The position numbers and the translations under genes were made by a program. A stretch of DNA of 50,206 nt, filler included, from Ionaspis alba (lineage: Eukaryota): the NCBI GenBank assembly GCA_964255285.1. It is 2 parts of 2 records of this genome, joined end to end, with 100 filler letters (N's around TTAATTAATTAA, not from the genome) between each part and the next. Parts side by side here need not be neighbours in the genome. Positions count along the whole stretch, not along the records: positions 1 to 25,065 come from CAXUUL010000162.1; 1 more part is not named here. The stretch is one strand, 5' to 3'. Below are positions 1 through 12,256 of this stretch, piece by piece. How positions within the stretch are numbered: the stretch's first letter is position 1; each line of letters begins with the position of its first letter. The notes beneath the pieces were generated by a model. That model saw only the letters and a list, made by a program, of their open reading frames with translations, was not told the DNA's origin and searched no databases.

Positions 1-841
1 GGGTCGTCAATGAGCTTCCCCATATTTTTCCCACTGTCGTAGATTTCATTCTGATTGCCAAAGCTATGATCGAGTCAGTCTCGGGAATCGAAAACTTCTG
101 ACACCGTACTTACGGCGAGTATTGCGTGATGTGAATGCCTTTCGCTTTGTGGAAATCGATAAATGATTTTTGCTGCAGGTAAGGGTGCAGCTCCAGCTGA
201 TGCATGGCAGGTACAATGGTCGTCTCTTTGAGCAAACGCTCCACCTCGGCCTTGGAGAAGTTGGAAATACCAATGGCTTTGGTCTTTCCACTTTTCATTG
301 TTTTCTCCATTGCTTTGTAGGTCTGTTAATGTAAGCTCTGCACACGGTCTGACTAGAGCCAGAGGAGCGTACGTCCACATAGTCGATGTCGGCAGTCTTG
401 ATCTTCCCGTCTTCGCCCTTGGGCATCGGCGAATCACCTCGAGCAAATGCTGATGGCCAATGCATCAGATACAAGTCAAGATAATCGGTGCCTAAGTCTT
501 TGAGCGAGGCATCAACGGCAGCTTCTACGTCGTCTGGATGGTGCGAATTGTTCCATAACTTGGTGGTGATGAAGATTTGGTCCCGGGGGATGCCCGACTT
601 CTTGATTGCAGAGCCTACGGCCGGCTCAGTGCCGTATCTGTGTCATTGAGCAAACGGTTTGACATGCTAGCATGACTGCCCAGTCAACTTACATTCGGGC
701 AGTGTCGATGTGCCTGTAGCCAGCCTTAAGGGCTTCAGTAACAGCGTTCTCCTGGGCGTCCTTATCCTGCCAGGTACCAAATCCTATAGCAGGAACCTCT
801 GCACCTGTATTGAGCTTCACTGTGCTGCTTGAGGTAGCCAT
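1..841 (-). CDS. Aldo-keto reductase (Gcy1/Ypr1-like), 3' end truncated by window edge
   Basis: Exons 841-693, 637-373, 322-114, 63-<1 with GT-AG introns. The translation [25 protein letters not shown]...[14 protein letters not shown]...ITTKLWN...[10 protein letters not shown]...KAIGISNF...[11 protein letters not shown]...QYSPFGNQN contains the AKR catalytic tetrad D-Y-K-H. Confidence 0.95.
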
Positions 842-1658
842 CCTTCTGGATTTGGGCAGTAGTTGATTGGATATTTGAGTAAGTCTGGTATATGCAGTCT
901 TGGAAGGTCGTGTCAACATTGAGCCAATACCGCCGTTTAAGTGATGCTAAAGAGAGAAGATGCGGGTGAACACCACAATTTGGCGCGAGATATATTTGTA
1001 GTGCAATTGGAGAAGCGCTTCCAGCCTCGACTTTCGTCATCGTATTTGGCTCTGACGTCGGTAGCTTATGGGTAAGGCATCCAGACACGGACGCAAGTTG
1101 CCGTTCGAAGCGGTTTTGCATCATCCCACAACAGTACTGCGGAGACGGCTCCGAAGATAGAGTGGGAAACGGAGCATGACCATATACTTACCTGCCTGGT
1201 TAATGGATCGAATACAAAGTCTTGGAAACAGTTGCCATTTGCGCTGCTCATTTCTCCTTCCGCGCAACGCCAACAGTGCCCAAGCTTGTGTCACGCAATG
1301 AGGTGAAAGTGCAGCGAAGCACTGTACTGTACTTGTACCTCGGTGCTACACGTACTTCAGTTCCAAACGCATAGACAGGCACGCGATCTCCTGCACGATG
1401 CGTTCAGCCCGGTAGATTTATGTAGGGCTGACTCTAAACATTGATTAGTGACGTACACTCACATATCAGTATCTTCGGCCTTTAAACCCTGGCGGCATTA
1501 CCATCAATCAAGGCAGAATCGTCGGTCGAAAGTATAGCATATAGACCTTTGTTTCTGCCTCGGATTGGACATATTGCTCTATACATAGCATCATGCTATC
1601 GAATTGAAAATCTACCTATCCCGAACCAGGCCTATATATTGGGCGCCAATAGCTAGCC

Positions 1659-3117
1659 ATGCCTTCGTCTTTAGCAGCATCGTTCCTAGGAGCTCTGCAA
1701 GCTGCCCTCTCCGTGCTTTTGACGATTGGCTATGGCGTTGTGGCTGCCCAATTCGAGTTGCTCAAAGGCTCCAACACCAGCGATATCAGCAAGACATGTG
1801 TGCGCCTATTCTTACCTGCGCTCTTGATCACGAATGTTGGCAGTGAATTGCATTTGGACACTGCCATGAGATATGTGCCAATCTTGAGTATCGTGCCCTG
1901 ATAACATCTACCTGCTTGATCAGATCTGATACAGTACATAGTATGGTCTACGGCATATGTCTTGCTTTCCATGGTTCTCGGATTCACCGCCACACGCCTC
2001 TTCAAATTTCCGTCCTGGGTGACGCCAGCGATCTGTTTCAATAACACTACCGCTCTTCCTCTCCTCCTCGTGCAATCACTGTCTTCTACCGGGATTCTGG
2101 AGATGCTCCTGAGATCGGACTCCGACACTACCTCCGAAGCTGTACAACGCGCCAAATCGTATTTTCTGGTCTGTGCAATAGTGGGCAACACCTTGACCTT
2201 CGCGGTGGGACCAAAGTTGTTGGATGGAGAAGAAACACCCGATTCTGAAGAGGATGAAGATCTAAAACAGCTTCCCAACGGCGACGGCATCGTTGGCCGA
2301 GGAGAGGATGTTGAGCAGGGCGAGAATAGCAATGAGGGAGGAAATACCGAAGACCAGGACGACAATGCCTCAGTCAATGAGCAGACGTCGCTTCTCCCTG
2401 ACCCTGTCGTACGTCAAGGGCAGGCGGCAGGTCGTGAAGGCTATCACAGGGGCAAGAAACAGTGGGACCGTCTCCCGCAAGGAGTTCAGAAATTCCTAGA
2501 CTTTCTGTACGACTTCTTGAACGCGCCCTTAATCGGTGCACTGATCGGAGCAATCATCGGTCTTGTGCCCTCGTTGCACAGGGCCTTTTTCAGCGACCAG
2601 CAAGAAGGTGGTTTCTTGAATGCTTGGTTGACCACCTCATTGAAAAACATTGGTGAACTCTTTGCAACATTGCAGATCATTGTGGTCGGGGTCAAATTGA
2701 GCAGCAGCTTGCGGAAGATGAAGAGAGGCGAGAAAAGTGGCGATGTTCCTTGGCTGCCGATGGTTTTCGTGCTGACGATCCGGTTTGTGATATGGCCTAT
2801 GTAGGACTCGCTCCCAGGATGGATAGGATAGGTTAGGGGCTGACTGTTGCAGTATCTCGATTGGTCTCATCTATCTCGTCGCCATGCATACTGATTGGCT
2901 CTCAAACGACCCTATTCTATGGTTCTGCCTCATGTTGATGCCCACCGGCCCACCGGCGATGAAACTCACCTCTCTCGCAGATGTGGGAGGTGCTGAGGAG
3001 GGCGAGAAGTTAAGCATCGCTAAGGTACTTACCATTGCTTACGCAGTGAGCCCGTTGATTGCTTTCGCTGTGGTTGGGAGTCTCTATGCTTCCAAAGCGG
3101 CCATGGGAAATATGTGA
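1659..3117 (+). CDS. Auxin-efflux-carrier/PIN-like (Mem_trans family) membrane transporter, 450 aa
   Basis: Exons 1659-1887, 1942-2800, 2853-3117 join in frame. Two multi-TM halves flank an acidic loop. Motifs: LFLPALL, AICFNNTTALPLLL, NAPLIGA, LMPTGPPA. Confidence 0.85.
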
Positions 3118-3765
3118 AGATCGGCAATGGCATCTGGTTCTCTGGAAGGTATGGAGGGGGCATGTCAAATAATAAATACAGACTATGGATATAGATATGC
3201 AGTTCAGACACATTGCTGTGGACACATGGTTGATGTTGTCGTCCGGGTACGGGAGAGGTTCACCGTAGGGTAAAGTCGTGTGATCCACACCATAGCCAGG
3301 CGCTGGAGGCTCCATGGACATCTTGGAGCTCGATAATTATGACGCCTTCCGCCTAAGACATGTCTTATGGCACTTGGTAGCTTAATATTAGGGTGCTAGA
3401 AGTTTCACCGTATATGTTTCGTGAGCACATCTCTCACTCTTCAAGTGAACATAACCAGTGGCGCAATTCGATAAGATTATCGGGGAAAGAGATTAAAAAA
3501 AATTAAAAATTCATTAAGTCATTAATTCGTAAATCAGTCGTAATATCCAACACACGAGATCCTATCACAGCCTGCCACCAACCAATAGGCGCATTATCAT
3601 CTGTGCCATTCATCCTCCGATGAGCTAGTAAACGTGAGGTGGATGGCCCCAATATCTGTTCCAATTTGTAGCTCCCAGTTCTTGATGGAAGGGGGAGTAT
3701 TGAACGTGCTCCACAATCAGTCGTTGCCCCAATTTCCAGAAGTGAACGATCGGAAGACGTAAGAA

Positions 3766-5567
3766 TCAATATCTCACAGGTTCGTTCCCCATGGGTGGAG
3801 GCGGTAGGCCACCAGCACTGTAAGGATTTCCATCATAGTACCTTGGTCCGTAATCTTGATACCTCTGATTCAGATTTGGTTCCGAATTTCGATAACTGCC
3901 GCCACTTCCATTTCCCCGAGTCAGCATCTTTCTCCGACGTTTTTCCCTCTTCTCCTCGAGCTCTTCGCGCATGTGGTGGTATTCGTCACGCTGCTCTTTC
4001 ATTTCTTTCCACTCGCTCATTGCGCCCTTGATGCCAAGGGCGGCAACACCAATCCGGGCACTGTCCTGAAGCAAAGCTTTTGACTTCAATTTCTTCGCTT
4101 CCTCGGCACTCATCTTGCCCTCAGCGACGGCCTCGCGACGCTTTTCGCGCTTCTCCATAGACTGGTAGACACTGTGAGCTGCATGGATGGTGGCAACTGT
4201 GGCAAGTCCTGCCGTGAGCATTTCCTTACCACGCATCTTCTTCTGCTTGCGCTCCTCCTCCGAGGAAGAATAGTCGGTTGACGTATCATGCTTCCGCTCT
4301 TCTCCTCCTCCGCCGCGAGGACGCGCATTGTACCCATCATCATAGTTGCGCCGACCCGACCGCTCGTCACGGTAGTCGTCACGGTTCTTCTCACCGGAGC
4401 CTAGTCCGAGCTTCGCCATCCCTCGATCGACCATGGCACTAACACTCTTACTTCGGCTCCGGCGTTTGGGAGGACCATCATCACTGGAGTCGCTGTATCT
4501 GCGGCCCCTACCGCTGTCTCGATCTCTCGACTTGTTGCGGTAATCGTTGAAAGCTTTGCCCGCCAATGCCGCCAAGCCTCCAGCGGCTGCAAGACCACCT
4601 GCCCCAAGGGAATTGCTTTCCTTCTCTCCGCCTCGACGTGGACGAGATCGTGAGCGAGAACTTTCCCTCTTACCGTTGATGAGCCTGTTACCAGCTAATC
4701 CTCCAAGCGCGGCTTCAATGGTATGTCGGGTACTGTGTTTGTCTGGATCGCGATCGATTGCCCCATCAATGCCGGCAGCTCCGATAGCAGCAGTCATGAC
4801 TCGTTTGCCTTGTCCAGCCCATCCACCAGGCTCCTTGCGAGATCTGAACGCTTCAACAGCTCCAGCCGTAACGGCAGCTTTCACAGCTTGCTGGATCTTC
4901 TTCGTCCGATCCTCGGATCTTGAGCGAGATCTGGATCGTGAGTCGTAGCGACGGTTACTACCGCGGGCACGATCTCGACTCCTGTCGCGATCGCGATCTT
5001 TGTGTCCTCCGGTAGCAGCACCTGCAAGACCTCCCAAACCAATTGCTGCAAGCGCTTGCTCACCTAAAGATTTGCGACGTTGGTGGTGGCGCGGGGGACT
5101 ATCGGAATCGGAATCAGAGTCGTAACGGCTTCTTCGACTGCCTAGATGGTGTCAGCATACGTTAGCAAAACTGGAACGACAGATCCATCGGAACTGATCT
5201 GACCTCTTGCATCGCTGCGTCTGCTGCGGCCCCCAATAGCACCTTCCGAGCGTCGTGGATCGCCGCCATAATAATCATCGTAGTAACGACTCCGGTCGGC
5301 CGATCTCGCGCGTGCAGGCGGATATGCATCACGAGTTGTAGTTCGACGCTTGACATATGCTCCGCCGCCGGGAGGAAAGTCGCGACTGACTTCTTCGATG
5401 GAGCTGGCACTATCATCACGAGGACGACGGATCAGGTCCATCTGACGAGTTGGGCGGCCGTTGCGAGTGTGAGACTGGATGACCTCTTCTTCTTCATAGA
5501 CGGGACGACGCGATTCACGATGCGTTCTGTGCCTCCGGGGCGGTTCGTCATCGTAGTAGCCTGACAT
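3766..5567 (-). CDS. Arg/Ser-rich fungal protein, DUF3824-like, 579 aa
   Basis: Exons 5567-5204 and 5141-3766 (intron GTCAGA...CTGAC...TAG). RS/RD repeats alternate with small hydrophobic helices (AVKAAVTAGAVEAF, LTAGLATVATIHAAH, GVAALGIKGA). The family call is from recalled sequence character. Confidence 0.75.
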
Positions 5568-7431
5568 TGTTGCACTTGTGGTGGATTTTTAGGTGCTGTA
5601 ATGGTAGTAAGGATGTTGTTGGCGAGCCAGCGATCCGGCGAGGCTGCGGCGTCTAATATACGACCAGAGCACTCTCAACTCACTGTGCTCTTGTAGTGTA
5701 TATTTCAATATCGAATGAATGATGGTTGGATGTGATGGTCGCTAGTGGTGGCTCTAGTGATGGGATCGGCCAGAAGAGCCGGATGTTTGGTATTGCGGCG
5801 GGGTTCTGTGAGTGAATTTCTGAAGCTTTTCGGGCTGAGAAACGTGTTCGGTTCGATTTGGTATTTATGAAGTGGGGGTTGTAGATGAAAGCAAGACACT
5901 GATGATGTTGGGTTGGGTTGGTCTGGGGATGCAGCCCTCGCGGTGTTGCAACAAAAGTCGGGAAGTTAGAACGGAGAGATGGTGGATTGGGAGAGAAGAA
6001 TGAGGGGATGAGAATCGTGATAGAGAGGTTGGCTTACCAGGGCACAAAGGCAAGGCATCCGCATTATTGCCTAACACACCCTCGAACAGCTCTGGGACAA
6101 GATTTGACAGCGGGCGCATCGAGCTACGTCACCCTCGACCCACCCGGACTTTTCCAGTGCCACCCACTGCAACCACTGCATCCACTCCGTCCATCAACCA
6201 ATTCAGCTTGACCAGGATTATTCTAGAATCTCTCACAAATAGTCGGTCGACCGACAGCAAACAACAGGCGTGAAGCAGCCTCGTCCTACCCTATTGTCCA
6301 GATCATCTGCTGCAAGGCTTCCAACACATGCAAGCCATCATACTGGTATTCAGTAACGGTGGTCCTCCCGTTACCATTAAGATGTTGTAATGAGCCCATC
6401 TCCGTCTTGTATATGCGCCCTCTTTCATAGACTCATTCATGTTTCAGTCCTGCTTTACATCGAGTATCAGCCTTTCACTATGTTCCCATCGTTCACCATT
6501 CGTCCACGTTCTCGGCCCACAGTTGTCGTTGATCCATTCTGAGCCTCAGACTCGGTGATTTGTTCAGGTGTTCGTCCATGCTGCCTCACACTGTCAGGCT
6601 GTCGAATATGTAGCTGATGCTGCAGCGTCAGCAATGCCTCACCCACTCCCACCCCTAGGACCGCTTTCTTGCTTGAAGCAACAAATGCTCTGGATTCCCA
6701 GCTTGGACAGTCCTGCTGCTCTCAACTGTCCAAGTCGTGGTTAGAGAGAGACACATCGCACACCAGGGAAGCTTTTCAGCCGTTCTACGTGAGAATTAAA
6801 GAGCGCATTCCGATTGAGTGACTACTTACGTTGGTTCCAGCGGGAGAGGATCATGTAGCCGGTTGTGATCGGGTTTTACCCATAGAATTGGATTTGCGAC
6901 AACGTTCATGCTGCCATGTGGCTCAAACACTCCGGGACTTGCGGATTCCTCATTGAGCAAACAACGATCTGAACAGCTACCTTGCGTACTGCGGAAGTAA
7001 TGTTCAAGTCGTTGGGACCCTCCAGAGTATAAATATTGGGTCCTACGGTGATAGGCTCAAGATAATAAAGGACTTCACAAGACAACGGAGTGATCCTCGA
7101 GAAATGCATGTCCTACTCACAAACAATATACATGAAAAGGTTTTTGTTCGTCGAAGTGCAGAGCTGATAGATGATCATGGTCTCGCATCTGACGTGTCAC
7201 TTTCTTTCCTCCAGACATGGATGACTATAACCAATGCGTGGTATATCAGGACTGCCTACCCTACAGAGGAGAAGCACAGCTGTGGATGTACTCTTACAGA
7301 TACAGCTGGTATGTATGTGCTATCGAAATGCGCTGGACTTCGCTATACCATATTATCGTTTGAAGCCGCGTACAAGGACTCCTCTGCCAAGCCTAGAGTT
7401 CGGAGAACTCGCTAGGACTACTCTAGTATAG

Positions 7432-7641
7432 ACCACTGCTGCTAGTTCTTTTCACATGTCGACGGTTGACCTACTACGTCATGAACNNNNNNNNNNNNNN
7501 NNNNNNNNNNNNNNNNNNNNNNNNNNNNNNNNNNNNNNNNNNNNNNNNNNNNNNNNNNNNNNNNNNNNNNNNNNNNNNNNNNNNNNACCACTGCTGCTAG
7601 TTCTTTTCACATGTCGACGGTTGACCTACTACGTCATGAAC
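7432..7641. other. Assembly gap (100 N, 7487-7586) flanked by an exact 55-bp duplication
   Basis: 7432-7486 is identical to 7587-7641. The gap is exactly 100 N. Confidence 0.95.
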
Positions 7642-7680
7642 CAGTCGGATCTGAGAAACGCTTGAGATGTTGGATCGGTC

Positions 7681-7702
7681 CTGTGCATGTCGTTCAATAC
7701 CA
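7681..7702 (+). repeat. Direct repeat copy 1 (22 bp exact, CTGTGCATGTCGTTCAATACCA), overlapping the carrier start codon
   Basis: Identical to 17523-17544. Both copies are preceded by ATGT(GG)TGGATCG. Confidence 0.9.
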
Positions 7703-8825
7703 ACACCGACATCCTCATCGTGAGCTCCCAAACTCCCCTCCGATTTCGATGCTGATCTCGCTTAGGCAGGAGCTTTTGCAGCATTTACTGTCGATCTGCT
7801 TGTCTATCCTCTAGATACTATCAAAACCCGTGTCCAATCTCCCGACTACACAAAACTTTACAAAAATGCTGCAACCGATACCATTAATAGATCGCTGTTC
7901 CGTGGTCTATACCAGGGCATTGGCAGTGTCGTGATAGCCACTGTTCCGTCCTGTAGGACTCTCGATTTACTAGCTCTCTAAAGCCAGCATGATTGCTAAC
8001 ATCTTATATTAAGCTGGAGCATTCTTCACAACTTACGAAGGCACGAAAAGTATACTACATCGACTCAATCCCACTATCGGCGTATCAAGCTCGCCTCTCA
8101 TACCAGCGCCTTTCATCCACTCTGCGGCCTCTTCTGTGGGTGAACTTGTCTCATGTCTCATTCTCACGCCGGCGGAAGTCCTCAAACAGAATGCGCAGAT
8201 GGTAAAGAAGTCGGCTTCTTCCTCGACGGAAGCTTTTGATGGAAACGCTACTATGCAGGCAATTAAGAAATTCCAAAGACCAAGCCAATTATGGCGTGGA
8301 TATACAGCCCTTGTTGCCAGGAACCTACCATTCACGGCGATGCAATTTCCCATGTTTGAGCATCTAAAGAAAACCATCTTAGACTACCGTCACCGTCATG
8401 GAATTGAGCGAGGAACACTACTTGAGAAAGGGACAGTCACCGCTATCTCCGCGGGAAGCGCGGGCTCAGTCGCAGCCGTCATCACAACACCCATTGATGT
8501 GGTCAAGACCCGTATCATGCTGAGCGCTGCTCATGACGATGGACCGTCTCAGCACGCAATACAACAGGTCAAGGCTCAAGGCAAAGATCTAGAAACAGAG
8601 ATTCAAATGGCTCGGCGAGCGGCGCGAGGAGGCCGAGCTAATGGTCTCGCTGTAGGTAGGGAGATCCTAAGGATTGAGGGCATCAAGGGTCTCTTCAGAG
8701 GTGGAGCCTTGCGCGGAGCGTGGACAGCTCTTGGTAGCGGGCTTTACCTCGGAGTGTACGAAAGTGGTAGAACTTACCTTGAGAGTCGGAGATTCGACAA
8801 CAGCCAGGGCCAGACCATTATTTAA
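7687..8825 (+). CDS. Mitochondrial carrier family protein, S-adenosylmethionine-carrier (Pet8/Sam5)-like, 343 aa
   Basis: Exons 7687-7719, 7766-7952, 8014-8825. Three carrier signature motifs: YPLDTIKTR, TPAEVLKQ, TPIDVVKTR. Also RGLYQGIG and RNLPFTAMQFP. Confidence 0.88.
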
Positions 8826-8890
8826 GATGCGACATAATGAACAGACGTACTCTCATTTGCGAGACATATTAATTTCTGACATCTATGGTG

Positions 8891-9885
8891 CTAGCCTATC
8901 ACTTCAGTCGCCACGACAAGAAATCTTTCCCAGTCGTCCTTGATGTCTCGTGCCGACTGCTGAAGAAGGTCAAGATCCACATTAGAGTCTTTGATATTTA
9001 TTTCCTTCACGACATTCGGTATGAATCTCCGAACAAGTTCTAACTGGATCTTCGCTTCCCTCAGAAATGCCAATGCGGGACTCCGGCATTGCCGGTTATG
9101 ATTTCGGCAACGCTGAAGAGCAAAGGGTCCAAAGTCTTAACCCTTGTGACCAATTTGTCTATGTCAGAGACCATTTTCTTGATGTTGTCGTTCATCTGCT
9201 TTGTAGTCCGATGGTATCTCTATAAAGTTGCCTTTTGCTTTGAAGTGAAGTAGGTACCGAAAGAGGGTCCCATGGAATGCTCTTCCTTGTGCTTCAAATG
9301 TTCCATCTCTTCAATCAGTCCTTCCACATAGAGGACTAGTTCAATCATTACGTTACGACTGTTCTTCTGGAATTTCTCGATAGCCCGTGATAAGTCATTC
9401 GAAAGTTTGAGATATTTCGTTGACCATTCGATTAAGTCTACTTTGGAGTCAAACTCCCTCCATTTGCTATGGTCTTTCAGGTAGCGTATTGCGTGTTCGG
9501 CCGCCAATAGGTGCATTTTTACTGTCGGCTTCAATGCGCTCGTCTGGGCTTCTGCTGCGATCGACGGTATCCGATCACTCTCGTCTCCATGAGCACGGCT
9601 GATCTTGTCCACTTGCTTCGTTATTGGAGTAGGTGGCTGGGTCCTACATAAGGATCTTTCCCGAAAGGAAGATGCCATAGTCAGAAGATCAGAATGCAGG
9701 CCAATTGCGAACAAGATTGGAAGGAATATTATTACAACTTTTGCAACTCGCTTGACCTCCGAGAGAGTGGCAGGTAGTTGTTCAGTGCATATCCCTTTGG
9801 GTGCTGGACTGTCTAGAGAGTCCAGGGGCTCCAGACCATCATCCTTCGTGCCTCGTCTTCTGCGATTGGTTGTGCTTGATGCCAT
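8891..9885 (-). pseudogene. Probable disrupted gene for a single-TM, coiled-coil orphan protein
   Basis: A 221-aa ORF with a TM segment (VVIIFLPILFAIGL) ends at TAG 9222-9220. The same frame reads on for about 50 amphipathic codons, and a further helical segment follows in another frame (9073-8891). Confidence 0.5.
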
Positions 9886-12256
9886 ACCTTCCCAACCTTT
9901 CTCGATATTGAATATTTGCTCCCATTCTATGATCGGGCGTCGTGGTTGTGCTGTCGTTGTGGAGAGAATATGCTTAGTAGCGCGGGCCCATTCTATTGTG
10001 CTTGATGTTGGCGTGGTTCTTCAAGACGAGTATCACTCGAGGTCGCTCCAGTATGGTCCTATATGTATATCAACCAAAAGAACATGGCCTGGCTGTGAAA
10101 ATGTTCTGTTGTAGTATGGAACAATGAACATATGATTGCAACTGTCGACATTTTCAGAATTCGCCAACTGGTTGATTCCACTGTCCTCTGACGTTTGCAG
10201 AGTCGATATCCAGAAACCGCATTGCAGATCAATCATCGTAATTTGCTGGAGCAAAGGTTTCGTTTTCTGGATTATGAGTAAGTTAGACTACTTTAACTCT
10301 CATGCATACATCTCTCTCAACATAGAATGGTATAGATAGCGCCTTAGAAGTCTCGTAGCACGCATGCCACAAAAGCAGTACTTTAGCGGGCGGTCGCCTC
10401 GCTAACGTTTCATGAAATCTTAATTGGACCAATCCCAAAACAAAACAGCAAGACAAGTTTGGGCGCGTTCCTCCCCTGTGCTCGCCAAAGCCTCGCTGGA
10501 CGGCTTCTCTAAGTTTATCCCTCTTCCCGCATCAATTTTGGTGGCCGTCCCTAACTTCGAAGACCAAAAGTAGAGCAATTGCCAAATTGTTTACAAGCTA
10601 CTCTCTTTCACCATCTAGACCAGAGGCCCTTTGTTTCTTTCTCAGGTCGATTGAGATGTCCAACATCTCAGCGTGTCACCTTTCCCAAGGCTGAAAAGTA
10701 TTTCAGACTACAGAAGGGAACTCCCCTCTGCTTTGTCTCTCGAAAAGATCTCTGGGAATGGTAGGTCTGCTTCGGTGCAGCGTCTGTCTAGACAGACAAT
10801 CGTCACTTCCATTTTTTTTTCTTCGACGATCTTGCCTATTTTCACACTTCTCCCAAGTATCTCTTTCCGATTGCCACATGAATGGATACTGCTTTCTAAT
10901 CCAACCACGACTGATAGTTACATCTGTTGGCCTCTGATGCTACCTAGTTTCTCAAGTTGGACAGCGCTGTCTCACCTGGCAATGCGGACCCTCAGACCAT
11001 TGTCAAGCAACTTGCTGTTACTATCGTGCGTTCTCACCTCGTCAGGGCCAAAGGTCTACCGTGAATACTTCTTACAGTTGCGGAGGCTATTCTTTTGTGA
11101 GCACAGGATGCGAGAGTATCTACTTGGATCCATCTCGAGAGCAAAAATCACTGCAATGTGCCTGTAACACTCAATGCTTGGAATAATGCTTCTGTCCTTG
11201 CCTGGAGATATTTCATACCTCTTACATATTTGCCCGTATCAAAGACCGGTGAATAGCAACTAGTCAGCTGGTCCATAGGATCCTTGAATATCCGGAAACC
11301 AACATGGTCCTGGGCGTTCAAGCCGTATTCGCTTTGGCGCGTTTATGTGGCACAGCTTTCACTGCGCCAACCTCTGTTGGAAGCGAAGGTTCCGTCTAAT
11401 ACGGTTTCCTATCACCTCACAAATTAGCAAGTATTGGTTGAGACTGTTGGAATAATTGCTAATTTGGGTCGAATCGAAGGTCTGAAAATAGAGAATTCGT
11501 GGGACCAGAATCGTTGACTCTCCCTACCAACATACTAAGCGCGGCATTACCAACAGCCAACACCCGAGTCAGGCAACAGCGGTGAAAAGGGTGACTCTAC
11601 GCCTGTCATCGATGTGCTACCGATTGTTTGCTATCGGTTCTAAGGCAGACTGTCCAAAGCGCCGTGGAGGAGTTATGCAGTCACTTGCCGGCTATCTTCC
11701 TGGCTGTTCCGACTTGGAATCCTGAAACCAATCCCTGGAATGGAAAGCATTGAAGGCTTTCCCAGCGGCCAATGAGAGATGACACAGTTCCCAGGGCTGG
11801 ATTGTGGAAGGCCAAAGGAAGCTTCTAAAGGAAGGGCCCAGAATGGAGCCCCCACAAAGCGGTTGCAGGTACTCTGCTCTAGCCCTTGGTCCCCTCCACA
11901 ACCCCAGCCCAATGCCATGCGAAGTTTGCGCTTCCGCACAATGCATGGCGCTAGACGTTGTTTGGGAGTTCCAAGATCCTTTGGGATCCCTCAAGATCTA
12001 ATCTTGACCGTTGTGAAATCTCGAGTACCAAGTATATGTACCTGAGGTGGTCGATAGTCTCTGTCGACTCCTTCCACCCAAAGAAACTGTTTCCTACACC
12101 TTGGAGACGAGATCCTCATTTTCCTGTATATTGTCGATTTCTTCCGTAGTCAGTCTGCTTTCATTGTCGTCCGGCGAAGCTGTCTCATTCGTCTGCAAGG
12201 ACACAGCCTGGCCAGACTTCGCATGAACCTTGCACCGATCGATCATAGCTGGGACT

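Noticed and set aside
1730..2377. Long antisense ORFs opposite real genes (also 18887-19630, 35921-36574, 47410-47946)
   Set aside because: Shadow frames produced by sense-strand codon bias, with no independent motifs.
3010..3321. Minus-strand ORF MSMEPPAPGYGVDHTTLPYGEPLPYPDD
   Set aside because: It overlaps the transporter 3' end antisense and has no recognisable domain or splice support.
7150..7470. Apparent weak inverted similarity to 17690-17930 (e.g. ACATGTGAA...CAGTGGT)
   Set aside because: Only short scattered matches picked by eye, not distinguishable from chance without an alignment score.
7432..7641. 55-bp direct repeats around N runs (also 13809-14018) as target-site duplications, LTRs or CRISPR-like repeats
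   Set aside because: The identical 55-bp length at both gaps and the exact 100-N spacers point to assembler overlap, not biology.
11673..12149. Cluster of overlapping 60-100 aa ORFs on both strands
   Set aside because: No domain, codon or splice evidence. Probably intergenic or upstream sequence of the membrane gene.
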